Assembly: GCA_964016885.1 (NCBI GenBank)
Contig: OZ024740.1
Location: 118,668,001 to 118,732,000, forward strand
Direction: 5' to 3'
DNA length: 64,000 nucleotides
Origin: Eledone cirrhosa
Taxonomy: Eukaryota
Part shown: positions 38,793-52,490 of the stretch, one piece after another
Position numbering within the stretch: the stretch's first letter is position 1
Layout of the letters: every line of letters starts with the position of its first letter
Notes under the pieces: generated by a model
Seen by the model: only the letters and a program-made list of their open reading frames with translations
What the model was told of the DNA's origin: nothing
The model's database searches: none
Program-made: the position numbers and the translations under genes

Positions 38793-40504
38793 TGCTGCAA
38801 AACACGCAGCAAGTGGGCCAGAAACAGGTGGTATTTAGGATTGTGAGGCATTGTGTTAAAGAAAATTGCGATGTCATTGGTGAGAAGTGTGTCCAGGATG
38901 ATAAAGGTGCACTTGCTCTGATAGGTGCTGAGAAGAAAGATGTATGGAAGATCCATTATGAAAGATTAATGAATGAAGAGAATGCATGGGAGACAGAGAT
39001 TGTACTCTAAGCTGATCCCATTGACGGTCCAGCAGTACAGTGTAGTTAGTAAGGCAATTAAGGATATGAAAGCTGGGAAAGTGGCTGGTCAGGAATAGTT
39101 GCTGAGATGTTGAAAGCATCTGGGGTGGTAGGACAAACCATAGCCACACATATTGTAAACCAAGTAATACTAGATGGTGTCATATGAAATGATTGGCACA
39201 GCAGCATCATTGTCAATTGCTACAAGGGTAAATGGGATGCACTAGATAGAGGTAAATATAGAGGTATAAAGCTGATGGAGCAGGTCATGAAAGTAACAGA
39301 AAGAGTCATAGCAGAGTTGATTAGGGTCAGGGTAAATCTAGATGAGATGCAGTTTGGATTTGTACCAGCCAAAAGCACCACTGATGCCATCTTCCTTGAG
39401 ACAGTTACAGGAAAAGTACCTACATAAAAGTAAGCTTCTCTACCTAGCAATTTGTTGATCTGGAGAAAGCTTTCACCAGAGTGCCCCATGACATAATTTG
39501 TGGGCTTTTAGAAAACTAGGAGTAGATGAGTGGCTTGTGAAGGCTGTACAAGCCATGTATAGAGGAGCAATCAGAAAAGTCAGGATTAACAATGACTATA
39601 TTGAGGAATTTAGCATATGAGTTGGCATCCACTAGGGCCCTGTTCTTAGCCTGCTCCTGTTTATTATCGTTTTGCAGGCTATAATGGAGGAGTTTAAAAC
39701 TGGCTGTCCATGGGAACTTCTGTATGCAGATGATCTTACACTCATAGCTGAATCTAGGGTGGAACTAGAGACGAAATTCCAAACATAGAAGCAGGGCCTA
39801 GAAAGAAGGGGTCTGAAAGTAAACCTGACAAAGATTCAGGTCCAATAAGTAGAAGAGAAAACAGAGCCCAGATCCCCTCGGGGAAATGGCCTTGCTTAGG
39901 ATGTAGGAAAGGCGTAGGTAGAAACTACAACCTCTGCCCCATATGAAACTATTGGTACACAAGAGATGTAGTGGGATATCAGGAAGTTTAGCTAAGAATG
40001 TAAGCTTTACATGTAGCAGTTGCACTGTAACAGTAAGCAGCAAACAACTGCAGTAAACAAGCGCTACCAAATTCTGGGAGGGCTTGGTAGAAACAGAAGA
40101 CAGCTTCTGCTACTTAGGTGACCAAATTAGCAGAATAAGACTTGGGGTGAGATGATAAAAGCTGACCTTGCTCAATTACACTTCTCAATGGCAATAGCAC
40201 ATGACCAAAATCTCTGGCGATACACAGTAATACAGAAGACCCAAATTCCCACGAGCACAAGCCGTAGCATATATACAGTATGCCTCAACCCACCCTCCCA
40301 TACACCCCTATGAGGATAGTCCAAAGTAAATGCACCCAAGGAAGCCCCCAGCCCACACTGTAAAGTGGTCGTGATGAAAACCAGCTGTAGACAGTCTTAT
40401 ATGAGTGATACAAGGTAACCCGACCCAACTTGCCTCTAAATGGGACAAACCCATCGAACCCATACTAACGTAGAAGATGAATGTTAAACGATGATGATGA
40501 TGAT
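38793..40504 (+). mobile_element. RTE-clade LINE, decayed, internally deleted near 40135
   Basis: WKIHYERLMNEENAW, YRGIKL, DEMQFGF, WELLYADDL, PHD-like remnant and (GAT)n tail. Confidence 0.85.
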
Positions 40505-41266
40505 ATATCTATGTATATATTTTTATCTTTAAAGATATTTGCAACTCCGTATTAGAGAAGACTTGTACAAAAATAAATTGATGTACATTTGAAAAGAAGA
40601 AATATTTTTGGACAATTATATTTTACATAATTTATTAAAAGTACTGTACTTTTGAGGAAAGGGAATCTCATTTGAACTGCCCTTTCGATACTCAGATAGA
40701 ACACTATCCTGACAGATACAGCAGCCCATTTATTGTGATTAGTAAGCAACTTATGCAGTAATAGATAAATATAGAAATCTCTTGTAGACATTCAGATAGA
40801 GAGAAATACAAAGCTACAATTTTGCCCATTACAATTAAGTAGTATCCTGAAACCAGAAATAAGTGACAGGCGTTTCTCAAGAAAGCTTACATTCAGTCTG
40901 TTATTATATCTACTTGACTTGGTTCAATTCTCAGTTAATCAGCCTCTACACCATGTCATTAATACAACACTACTCGGATATTAAGGAGTGAGCAAATACC
41001 AGTTGGGAATCCACTGAAGAATCTCTTCTCTTCTTGGAGAAAAGATAATTAGAATGTTCAGCATCAGCAAGTAATTGACGTATTAGCAAGCTAATTAAGG
41101 TTCCAGCGAAGACAGAAATTTCGAAACTTATGAGCCGTGTGCTATGTGATTGGATATTTTAAAATATGATGATGGACATAACAAATCAACTAAGAATAGT
41201 TATATAGTTATAAATTATTACATACATATATCTCTATTTTGGTGTAATGCTTTTATGTATATATAT

Positions 41267-41301
<35 letters not shown>

Positions 41302-41314
41302 AGATATATATTTA

Positions 41315-41405
41315 CTTGGAAGTGTTGTATAAATGAAGCTATGGCAATTTGCTTATATTATTTTCTTGGAAATGTTGTATAAATGAATCTATGGCAATTT
41401 GCTTA
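41315..41405 (+). repeat. 50-bp-period tandem duplication
   Basis: CTTGGAARTGTTGTATAAATGAA.CTATGGCAATTTGCTTA occurs twice. Confidence 0.85.
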
Positions 41406-41802
41406 CTGAAAACATATATAAAGCCATTAAGAAACAACAATACTTATGAGTGTTACCTATTTTATTAAATTTCGTGAATATCTATCTTATCAACATAATA
41501 GTAGCTGATGTAATATAAAAGAAAGAGGTAGAATAATTTTGAAGTTAAAGTGCTGAACTACTGACCAGAAGATCATAATTTAAAATCTTCTTATGCCCAC
41601 TAAGTCACACTTTTAACCTTGTTGATTCGAAACTGCCTGGCTTTACAATATTGAGCTGTTTGTCCTAAAATCTTTATATTTATTGAAAATCTTTGATTAT
41701 CATTTTATGTAAGAACCTTTGTTATACTACACTTCAAACAAAATGATTTACTTAAGAAGTATTTGGAAATGTGAAATTTAAAATGCACAAGTTCCAATGC
41801 AA

Positions 41803-43840
41803 ATCATCATCATCATCATCATCACTGTTTTACGTCCGTTCTTCCATGCTAGCATGGGTTAGATGGGTTGTCCTGTTGTGGGCAGTGTCTGGTCGGCTGA
41901 CCATTGCCTTGCTCATACAGGAACTGATTTTGGTTGGATTTCTACAGCTGGATGCCCTTCCTAACACCAACCTCATTTACAGTGAGTGCTGGGTGCTTCT
42001 TCGTGGTGCCTACACGTCCACTTTACAGTGTAGGCTGGGTATTTTTTGCCGTGGCACCTCCACGACCTCCTTGCAGTGGGAGGGTGTGGGGCATATTGTC
42101 TATATGCTTCAGCTTGTACCCATGGGAGGTCGGGTACTCTGTATTACTGCGTGACGCCAGAGGTCACGGTCGTGTGTCATCGCCTTTGAGAGGTGTAATT
42201 GGGTAAGGTCGGCTTTTATCACCTCATCCCAGGTCTTCTTGGGTCTCCCCACTCAGTGGTTTCCATTGACTTCTAGTGCTCTGCACCTTTTTATGCAGCT
42301 GTCATCCTTCATATGCATCACATGTCCATACCAACGCAACTGCCTCTCCTGCACACAGAATTTCATTCCTCTTATGCTCAGTCTCTCTCTCAATTCATTT
42401 ATGCTTTCTCGTTCGTGTATATTACTATTACACATCCATCGGAGCATGCAGGCTTCGTTTCTTTCTAATCTACGTAAGTCTTCCATCTTCAGCACTCAGG
42501 TCTCACTACCATGTAACATTGCTGTTCAGATACATGCATCATACAGTCTGCCGTTCATTTTGAGGGAAAAGCCATTTTCAGCTAGCAGTGGCAGTAGTTC
42601 CCTGAACTTCTTCCATCCCGTGTTTACCCTAGTTATTGTACTTTCTGAACACTCACCTCTGCTCCTAATTCGGTCACCTAGGTAGCAGAAGCTGTCTTCT
42701 GTTTCTACAGAGCCCTCCCACAGATTGGTGGTACTTGTTTGCTGTGGCTGTTTGCTGCTTGCTGTCCCAGCACAGCTGCTGCATGTGAAGCCTACATTCT
42801 TAATTAAGCTTCCTGAGATCCCGCTACATCTCTTGTGTACCCATTGTTTGCATTTGGGGAAGAGAATGGAGTTCCTACCTACACTTTTCCTACATACTGA
42901 GCAAAGCCATTTCCCTGAGAGGATCTGGGTTCTGTTTTCTCGTCTACTTAGAAGGACCTTAGTCTTTATCATGTTGACTTTGAGACCCTTTCTTTCTAGT
43001 CCCTGCTTCCAAGTTTGGAATTTATTCTCTAGTTCTAGCATATATTCAGCTATAAGTACGAGGTCATCAGCATACAGGAGTTCCCATGGGCATCCGGTCT
43101 TAAACTCCTCCGTTATTGCCTGCAGGACTATGATGAACAGGAGAGGGCTAAGAACAGAGCCGTGGTAGACACCAACCTGTATACTAAATACCTCGTTATA
43201 CTCATTGCTATTCCTAACTTTGCTGACTGCTCCCCTATACATGGCTTGTACAGCTTTCACAAGTCATTCATCTACTCCTAGTTTTCTAAGAGCCCATCAG
43301 ATTACAGCACGGGGAACTCTCTCAAAGGCTTTCTCGTGATCGACGAATGCCAGGTAGAGTGGCTTACTTTTAGCTAGGTACTTTTCCTGTAACTGCCTCA
43401 CAAGCAAGAGGGCATCAGTGGTGCCTCTTCCTGGTACAAACCCAAATTGCATCTCATCTATTTTCACCCGGTCCCTAATCAGCTGTGCTATAACTCTTTC
43501 TGTTACTTTCATGACCTGGTCCATCCGCTTTATACCTCTATAGTTTCCTCTATCTAGTGCATCACCTTTACCTTTGTAGCAGTTGACAATGATGCTACTG
43601 CACCAATCTTTTGGTATGACACCTTCTAGTATTACCTGGTTAACAATACATGTGGTTATAGTGTGACCTACAGACCCAGATGCCTTCAGCAACTTGGCAG
43701 CTATACTCGATGGATTGGTTGCCTTCCCCATCTTCATATCTTTGATTGCCTTACTTACTACGCTGCTGCTGACTTGTACTGCTGGCCCCTCTATAGGGTC
43801 TACTTGGGGTAGGGTCTCTTTTCCCCATGCATTCTCCTCA
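41803..43840 (-). mobile_element. RTE-clade LINE, 5'-truncated, few disruptions
   Basis: ORFs 43297-43737, 42526-43260 and 42253-42495: NYRGIK, DEMQFGFVPGRGTTDA, GVYHGSVLSPLLF, WELLYADDLV, FCYLGD, ERQLRWYGHV. (GAT)n tail. Confidence 0.92.
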
Positions 43841-44159
43841 TGATCTCCAAATGATCATAATAATAGTAAATTACAAAACAAGGGTTTCAAACTCATAGCG
43901 CTCATGGATACACAGCCTACAAACTGCTTTTTTAAGGCCAGTGACAGAACAACTTTTGTGAATAATATTTTATTAAAACTTGGTAATTTTTCCTTGATTT
44001 AAAAATACCTATATACAATTGATTCTAATTTACCCAAGGGATACAATAAAATGGAAAAAAAAAAACAGAATTTATAAAAGTGAAAACTGAATAAAAGGGA
44101 ATTTACCAAAAGTTGAAATGGAATGAAAGAAAATTTGAAATGGAAACTTCACCCATCTA

Positions 44160-44610
44160 CATCATCATCATCATTATACGTCTGCTTTTCCTTGCTTGCA
44201 AGGGTTGGAAGGGTCCTTTTCAGCACAGCATCTCTCCACTTGTCATCTCCTCGGTGAGTTTCAGCGATCTGAGGTCTGCTCTCACCACCTCCGCCCATGT
44301 TTTTCGTAGTCTACCTCTACTGCGTCTTCCTTCTACTGGGATTTCTTGGCACTTCTTTACCCAGCGGTCATCCTCCATGCACATCACATGTCCATACCAT
44401 CTCAGCCTTCTCTCCTGCACACCACAACTTATTTTTCTTATACCCAGTTTCTTTCTCAACTCGTCTATGCTTGGTCGTTCATGTACATTGGCATTGCACA
44501 TCCAATGGAGCATACTTGTTTCATTTCTCTCCAGCCATCGTATATCTTCTGCAGTTGCTGCCCATGTCTCACTACTGTGCAGCATCGCGCATCTCATACA
44601 GGCATCATAT
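44160..44610 (-). mobile_element. RTE LINE 3' fragment, second subfamily
   Basis: LYDACMRCAMLHSSETW..ERRLRWYGHV..GRLRKTW, different 3' UTR (CCAACCCTTGCAAGCAAGG), (GAT)n tail. Confidence 0.85.
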
Positions 44611-45289
44611 AACATTTTGTAATAATTCATTTACCATCATATATATGCATTTCATTGAGGAAATAAATAAATAGCTGCCAATCAGCTGCATTTCATATTA
44701 ACATTATAATTAGTGGTCATAACGTCTTTCCTCATTTCCATTTTGGCCCACTGCACCTCACCCCCAGGACATAATAGCCCTTTTGGGTCCTTTTGTTTCA
44801 GACAACTACTATAAATAATAGCTGAGAAACTCAGTTAAAGTACTTCTGAAGTCAAAAAGATGTGGTCAGAGATGCCTGTGAGGAATCAAACTTCACATCT
44901 ATTTGATGCCAGGTGAGTGCATTAACCAAAATGCTTAAAATCTATGGAAGATTAGAAGTGACGGCCAATGGCAATTCAGTGTTAATGTTGGATCATACAC
45001 TCCCCAAACTCTTGGGAGATGCAAGTTCAGTTCTTTACAGGTTCTTCTGTTCACTGTCTCAACTATTATTTATAGTGATTGAGTATTATTATACTCTTGA
45101 TTATTAAAAAAATATTTTAAAATCATAGGCAGGGTATATTTTATTAGATCATAAAGAAAGGATTGTGAAAATAACATAACTATCAGGGTGGAGTGAATAT
45201 AGTCGAACTATGAAGGAATGATGCTAGGGCTGTGGAATCTTGCAAACATTAATGTCAACACTTATTAATAACAGCATTGTTTCCTTCCA

Positions 45290-46425
45290 GGTAAACTGAC
45301 TGTTCTAAGAAGACTTCAAATGTAACACATAGCAACTTATTTTGAAAATGGACAAAATTTGGCATCATGGTGTTATCAAGAACCAACAAAAAAGGGTTTA
45401 GCTCCCAAGAACATGCATGCTGATATGGTTGATACATTAGGAGATGACGTTTAAGCTTTATCAACAGTGCAAAAGTGGGCAGCTGAATTTAGGAGGGGAA
45501 GGGGGAGTTTTGAAAATGGAGATTGATTACTCACAGGCATTTCTGTCCATGTTTTTCTGTCTTAAGAAGTACTTTAACTGAGTTTTCACAATGTGGTGAC
45601 AGGTGATTGACTATAAATCAAATAGCCAATGGTATCAGCATATCCTGTGAGAGAGTTCAGATATTCTGCGCAATGAACTTGGCATGATGATGGTTTCTGC
45701 TCGGTGGGTGCCCCATTTTCTAGCACCTGATCAAAAGCACAACACGCTGATCTCAACAGAGAAAAATCTGCCATTGTTTGAGGAAGATTCAACTGGTTTC
45801 CATGAACGTTTTCTAACCCAGTATGAGGGTTGGGCTCATCACCTATGGCTCAAGAGACTATCCAGAGAGTTGGACACACCCTTCCTCAAATGCTCTGAAG
45901 TAGCCCAAGGTCATTTCATCTGCAGGAGTGTAATCGCTTCACTTTTGGGGGATGCAAAGGCATTCTGTTTATTGACAAAAGGGCCACACCATTAATGGAA
46001 AGTACTATGCCAACTGACTGAGGCAGTTACACAAATTCATCAAGATGAAAGGCACAGGAAACCTGACAAAAGGTGTCTTGTTTCATCAGGACAATATTTC
46101 AGCATACAACTCCTTGATTTCAATGGCAGCTGTGTGTGGTTTGAACTGGTTAATCACTCTCCCTATTCTCCTGATTGACTCCAACTGAATAACATCTGTT
46201 CCCCAACATGAAAGGACACTTGGTTTGGAACCAGTATCACAGTGATGATGTTGTCATATCTGATGTTGACATTTTTTACCAACAGGCTGAAAGTGTCTTA
46301 TCAATGAGATCTAAGCATTGAAACAACGATGGAAGAGGTGTGTGGACCATAATGGAGACTATGTTGAAAAATAAACCTTATTTGTTCACATTCTTGGTCA
46401 GCCTATGAAACTTTCAGCCAACTCT
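45290..46425 (+). mobile_element. mariner (DD34D-type) transposase pseudogene
   Basis: STVQKWAAEFRRG, SARWVPHFL..DQK, LFHQDN, HSPYSPD and HLFPNMK, ending GDYVEK*. Confidence 0.85.
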
Positions 46426-47179
46426 CTTTTTTTTTTCTTATTTGACTGGCTAACAAAATGTTTTCCATGGTTATATTACAGTTAAGTATTAAGAACAGGA
46501 AAAGAATCCAGCTGCAACAACCATTGATGTAAGGAAATAACAACCCCTCCATGCAATTAACCACAAATTCCTGTAAAGCAAAATAGATGAACAGAAAAAT
46601 ATAGAAAATTGTAAAAATGGATAGATAATTAATAAATCTGTATAAAAGTTAGTTTTGAAAACAATTACACCTACAAGTTATTTAGCCCCAGGTGAAACTT
46701 GATCAAGAATATATAGAAACTAATTCATTCCATTCTTCAGACAATGATCTCATTTTTTGCAGTTTGTCTGTTGTGGTTTGAGGTTTTCTCATAAAGGCCA
46801 ATTAATACAAATCTTCATTTAGTATTTGAACTTGTCACAATGTTTAGCCAAGATATATGTACAAGTGTTGCTTGTGGCACTGAACTAGATAGCTTACACA
46901 AATTGATAATTTCAAAAATCAAGGAGTGTATGTGTTTGAAAAATCTGAAATACTGTGTTAATTAATAAAATCTTTTTTAAATCTCACAAAATTCTAGCCA
47001 ATCCCATCCATTTCTTACATGCTGCAATTTTCTCCATTCACATAGACACTAGTATGCTTGTTTGGCAAATATCTTGACTATGTAAAAATAAAAAATTACT
47101 GAATCTTATATTAGTTTTTCAATTTTATATATGTTTTCTATAAATTTTGAAAATTAGAAATATAACTCCTGATTGCCTT

Positions 47180-48760
47180 TGTTTAGGTGTCTCTCCTGAG
47201 TTCCAGGCCAGCCAACACATTAGTTAGCCAGAAAATACCTTCTCAATTTAAGGCTTTTAACATCTTGGGTCAAATTCCATCCACCTCAGCAGCCATGCCA
47301 TATTTGAATTCTTTAATTGCTGCTGTGACTTCAGTCTCTGAAAGATTAATGCAACTGATGTACATCAAATGATGCTATTGTAAAAGAATTTAGATCAGTA
47401 AAGCATTCTCTCCACCTCTTCAGCATGCACAAAAGAAGAGAATCACAGATGTGCTCTCGATAGCAGGCATGGTGGATGGTCTGCTAGAATACTTTATTTG
47501 CTGATCTAGAATTGGATTCCAGCTTAACCCCAAAGTTCTCACATGTCTTAATTTTGGATGCCTTTACTTTCTCTGCTGCAACATTCCATTCCTGCTTGTA
47601 CTGCTAGTGCATGAAAGAGAAATTATTTCCAAGCCCCTATTTGTAAGTCTCCTCCTTTGCTTGTATGGTATCTATGACCATATGATTTAAACAAAAGTCT
47701 TTCTGGCATCCAGCACCATACCAAATCAATTTTGCCTGAAGCATTTAATAGCCGAAGCAGAAACTACCAAAGTGAAAAATCTCCACTCCATTTCAACGCA
47801 TCCTTAGTTGCTTCGGAAGTTCTCTGAATTTGGATGCAATAGTAACTTCAAACTTGCCCCTGATTTTATTATTTGCCAGTGCTTCCTTCCTACTTTATCC
47901 TGTAGGTCGAGCTGGACATTCTTGGCTTTAGGTAGTCTCAAGTTGCAGATAACAAGATGGTGATTAGTTGACAGCTCAGCCCCCCCCCCCTACCCCACCC
48001 TTAACATGGGCATCCAGCACAGCACAGAATCAAAGAGATCAGACACAATAATAAAATTAATTAATTATTCATCTCAGTCTCTTATCCCTCTTATACCAAG
48101 TATATTTATAAATGTCTCCCTGTTGGAAGGTGTTCATAATAGAGAGTCCATTGCTATAACAGAAGTATAATAAGGCCTCTCCATTCAAATTTAGATAGGG
48201 TTCATCATTCCTTCCTATCATTCCTTTCTATGTCAGGTAGTCAGTGTCAGCATGTGCATTGACATCGCTCATTAGGTTTTATAATTCAGTCTTAAATACA
48301 TCTAATTCTACAGTGACTTTATCAACGAAGGATCTGTATTCAAGTTCTCTGTTTGGCACATAAACTTGCACTACTCATAGAGACCTTCCTTTCTGTCTAA
48401 GCTTCAGGAAACAAATCCTCCCTCCTAATAGGATCCAGTCCATAACACATTCTGACAGCCATGGGTTTGTAAGTATCTCCACTCCCATATGTGCAGTCAT
48501 TGTTATTGCCACACCTGAATAGTGGACTTTCGATCCTCCATACAAATCTACAGTACCAGAGCCATGAACCTTTGTTGAGGAAACCCTGACTATATCTAAC
48601 CAGTAGCATCTGGCTTCCTACACTTGTTCCTACTCCTTTCCTGTAAACTATTGTAACATTCCCATTACCAATTGTTAAGGTTGTCTCTCTTCCGGATCCC
48701 CTCTGGACTACTACATCAAATTTAATGTGTCTTTTTTTGAAGACCACACAATCTAGGCCA
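47180..48760 (-). mobile_element. RTE-clade (Rex3-like) LINE, APE/RT 5' region, decayed
   Basis: Minus strand gives GAELSTNHHLVICNL (APE C-terminal motif), MNTF..GDIYKYTW, and IKEFKYGMAAEVDGI.PKMLKAL. Confidence 0.6.
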
Positions 48761-50165
48761 TAGATTTATTTTATTGGATGTCTATTCACGGTTTTTAAAT
48801 ATTTAATCTTAGAGTTTTCAATTGGCTAAAATGTAAACAAATCAAATGGTAAGAATTGTAGTATGATTAAAATGTTTTCTGTTTACAATACAAGTAAAAA
48901 TGCTATTGGGATTTACTTTGACATTTGTCTCTTCGGAAAGAATAGGAAAATTACCAGTAATACAATGGAATCAGCTCAATTGATTATTTCTTATGATCAT
49001 AGATCTGGTCAACCAGGACAGATCTGGTTCTGAATAACAACAACAAAATAGCAGTAGCAAAAACAACCCCAAGAACCGCAACAGTATTGAGGCTTCCTTA
49101 TTAACATGAAATTATATTAAGTAGTTATAGTGGCTTCTCAAATTAGGAAATAATCATAGGGATGTTGAATGGAGCAAGATTATATATTTTCTATTGCTTT
49201 TTACTCACAATTGGGGTGAGTTTCATAACTTTTAGTGAACAGCATATTAAATATGTCAGCTTGGACTTAATTTTGCCCCTCATTGATAAAAACTTTATTT
49301 AAACTCAGGTTGGCAATGATCAGGCAAACTTATGATCAATTGCAATCTGCAACTTTTATCTGAGCACAGTGTTCTTTCTTTTGTAAGAAAGTATGGCATT
49401 ATTTAACCCTTTGAACTATGAAATTCTGGCATGTGGGTGGTTCCCAGCCCTGAAAACCCCATGTAAATTAAACATTAAAAACAGATAAATAAATAACAGC
49501 TGTAAAGATAAGTGCATGAGAAAGCAAAATACTGGGCTGGCAAGATATAGTTAAACATCGTCAGGACCAGAATACTTGGATGGTAGATTCAAAATGTTAA
49601 AGGGGGATTTTGCTGTGAATTGTAGCAAGTCAAGTAACCAAGTAGAAGATCAGTTATTGATTTTTATCACAGCAATTGATTCAATTGGAGTGAAATGTAT
49701 GAACATCATCATTAATAGAAGGATTAGGTTAAGTGTGATGAAGATGATGCTGATAATAAGGAGGGGTAATTATTAAAAGAAGGATTATAGTGCTGAGAAT
49801 AATAGTTGTAGTGATATGTTGACAGTGGTTCAGATAATGAGGCTGGTGGAGATGTTAATAAAGAAATGTATTAAGAAGAGGAAGTGGCTTATGAGTGAAG
49901 TATAATGGTAAATATAATATGAATGCTTGATGGATAGAGTGGTAGTAACAGTGGGTATGATGGTGTTAATGATTCATGTGTTGATGGAACTAATGATGTT
50001 GATTGGCTTAATTGTAGTGGCATTTAGTAATGGTCAGGTTTGCAGTGATAATGATTGTGAAATAAAATCTCTGAAGTAGAACTAGAGTGTTCTATATACT
50101 ATCACTAATGAGACATGCTACTGCAATGATTGATATACATACATAATACATGGATACACACACAC

Positions 50166-50199
<34 letters not shown>

Positions 50200-50574
50200 A
50201 TGTATATATATATATATATACACATATCTACACACACACATATAGATGCAAAATATACTCAAAAGTGTGTGTGTTAATATATGAGTGGACATAGCTGGAC
50301 AACAAGCTAAATTAAAATAAATGAGCCATTGAAATAAAATGACAGTAATCTGAAATATGGGACAAGATGTGAAATATAAAAAAGCAGAGAGACAATTGTG
50401 AGTTATTAGAATAAGACACCAGAAAATTAGAAAAGTTTTATATGAAACTTAATACTAATTAACATAGGAAATTGTAATCATCATTATTATTATTGTTTGT
50501 GTAATCCCCCATTGTCCCCATCTGTATATTGTCCCCTATATGTAGGCCTTTGTGGCCAATAAAGAAACCATTAA

Positions 50575-50750
50575 TATTATTATTATTTGTGTCTGTCCTT
50601 TTCCTTCAGTTTTGTTTCCATTTCTTGCCAAGTGTTTTTCTTGACACCAAGGGCAGAGAAAATCATTGCATATATTGGTAAAGCACAAAATAAACACACC
50701 AGATTGTTCAAGCCATGCACTATACAGAATATATTATAATTATTATTATT
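50575..50750 (-). mobile_element. Probable R4/Dong-like 3' terminus (second copy)
   Basis: Similar to 50905-51020 (GACACC.AGGG..AAA.TCATTG.ATA.ATTGGTAA). Ends in (AAT)n. Confidence 0.5.
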
Positions 50751-50752
50751 AT

Positions 50753-50906
50753 TTGTAGCATAGAGTTACGCTCCTTTATGACCTGAGTTCAGATCTCGCT
50801 GAGGTTAACTTTGCCTTTCATCCTTACAGGGTCGATAAAATAAAGTACCAGTAATGCACTGGGTAAGTGCTGGCCTTGTGCCAAAAGTAGAAACAATTAT
50901 TATTAT
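50753..50906 (+). mobile_element. SINE family A
   Basis: Close match to 8117-8300. Confidence 0.85.
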
Positions 50907-51960
50907 GATTTTTATTGTTTTTCCTTTTCTTTCGGTATTGTTTCTGATATGTGCCGGGTGTCTTCCTGACACCTAGGGTAAATAAATTCATTGTATACAT
51001 TGGTAAGCCAGTTAATACACAAGATTGAATATAATTTACAGCTTATTCTTACAGAGATAGTGTTCTACTCACACACACACACAACCACACAAGGGTGAGG
51101 GGTGATATCATTCACACAGAGATAGTGCTCTTCTCAATACAAACAATTTTTTGCACCTCTTGCAGAGAGGGTAAGCCAGGAATCATACTCAAATACTGTT
51201 CTATTCCTTTCTTGATCATTCCCAGTGCTCTCACAATCACTGGTATTGTAACAGCCTTCAGGTGCTACATTTTTTTCAATTTCAATAAGCAGATCTTGAT
51301 ATATTTTCTTAGTTTGTCGAATTCTTTTGCCATGATATTGTGATCACATGGGATGCTCATTTCAATCAGTAAACAGACCTTGCTATGTAGGTCTTTTACA
51401 ATGATATCTGGTCTATTTGCTTTAATGGTCTGGTCAGTATGTTCAGGCAAGTCCCAAAGAATTGTTACTTATTCTCCTTCAGTTACAACCTCAGGGTGAT
51501 GATTGTACCACTTGTCAGCAGCTTTGATTTTATAATGCTGACATATTACCCAGTGTAGATATAGGTCAACTCTGTCATGTCTATATTTGTACTCTACTGG
51601 GGTTAAAACTTTACATCCAGAAACTAGGTGGTCCACTGTTTCAACCTCAACATTGCAGAATCGGCACTTTGGATTTATCCCATTTCTCATCACATTGGTC
51701 TGCTAATCCCGAGTCAGTAAGCTTTGATCTTGAGCAGCTAAGATGAAGCCTTCACTCTCTGCTTTTAGGCCTGAGCTACGTAGCCACTGATGGGTGTGCT
51801 TTTGGTCAACATCAGCTTGTTTGCTACAGCAACATATTTGCCATGCAGAGGTTTTTGCTCCCATTTTGATGCTAATTGCTCTTGCCCTTTTGCTTTTGTC
51901 ATTAATTTTATGTGCTTAGCAGTAACAATTGCAACAATTTCCTCAGTCTGTCCAACCAAG
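50907..51960 (-). mobile_element. R4/Dong-clade non-LTR retrotransposon 3' part (CCHC + REL endonuclease)
   Basis: KPLHGKY, WLRSSGLKAESEGFILAAQDQSL, CRFC..ETVDHLVSGC..YKYRHD and NRPDIIVKD..CLLIEMSIP. Tail is (AAT)n. Confidence 0.85.
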
Positions 51961-51961
51961 G

Positions 51962-52490
51962 GGCAGTATCAGTAGAGCATCGGACACCATGCTTTTCAGC
52001 ATAGTTACGTCCCTTTACGGTCTGAGTTCAAATCTCGCCGAGGTTAACTTTACCTTTCATCCTTATGGGTTCGATAAAATAAAGTACCAGTAATACACTG
52101 GGATAATTAGTAGTACCAGTAGAACATCAGCCAACATGCTCTGTGGCATGTAGTTATGGCCCTTTACTTTCCGAGTTCAAATCCTTCTACAGTTAGCTTT
52201 GTTTTCATCCTTACGGGGTTGATAAAATAAAGTACCAGTAATGTACTGGGGTCAATTTCTTCGACTTTTCCCTTCCCCCAAATTGTTGGACTTGTACCTA
52301 AATCAGAAACCATTATTATTATTTGATAGGCAGTGTCAGTAGAGTATCGGACAACATGCTTTGTAGCACAGAGTTATGGACCTTTACGTTCTGAGCTCAA
52401 ATTCCACCGAAGTTAGCTTTGCCTTTCATCCTTACAGGGTCAATAAAATAACATAGGCTTTGTACCTAAATCAGAAACCATTATTATTTT
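51962..52490 (+). mobile_element. Three head-to-tail SINE family A copies
   Basis: Units at about 51962-52105, 52111-52323 and 52329-52490, each with GAGTTCAAAT and TTTCATCCTTA.GGGT.GATAAAATAA. Confidence 0.85.

Noticed and set aside
42239-43168. Plus-strand ORFs opposite the RTE LINE (also 54382-55614 on the minus strand)
   Set aside because: Antisense frames of LINE ORF2, shared only because the copies are near-identical.
51962-52490. Regularly spaced repeats resembling a CRISPR array or tRNA cluster
   Set aside because: These are tandem SINE copies in a eukaryotic context, with no cloverleaf and no repeat-spacer structure.
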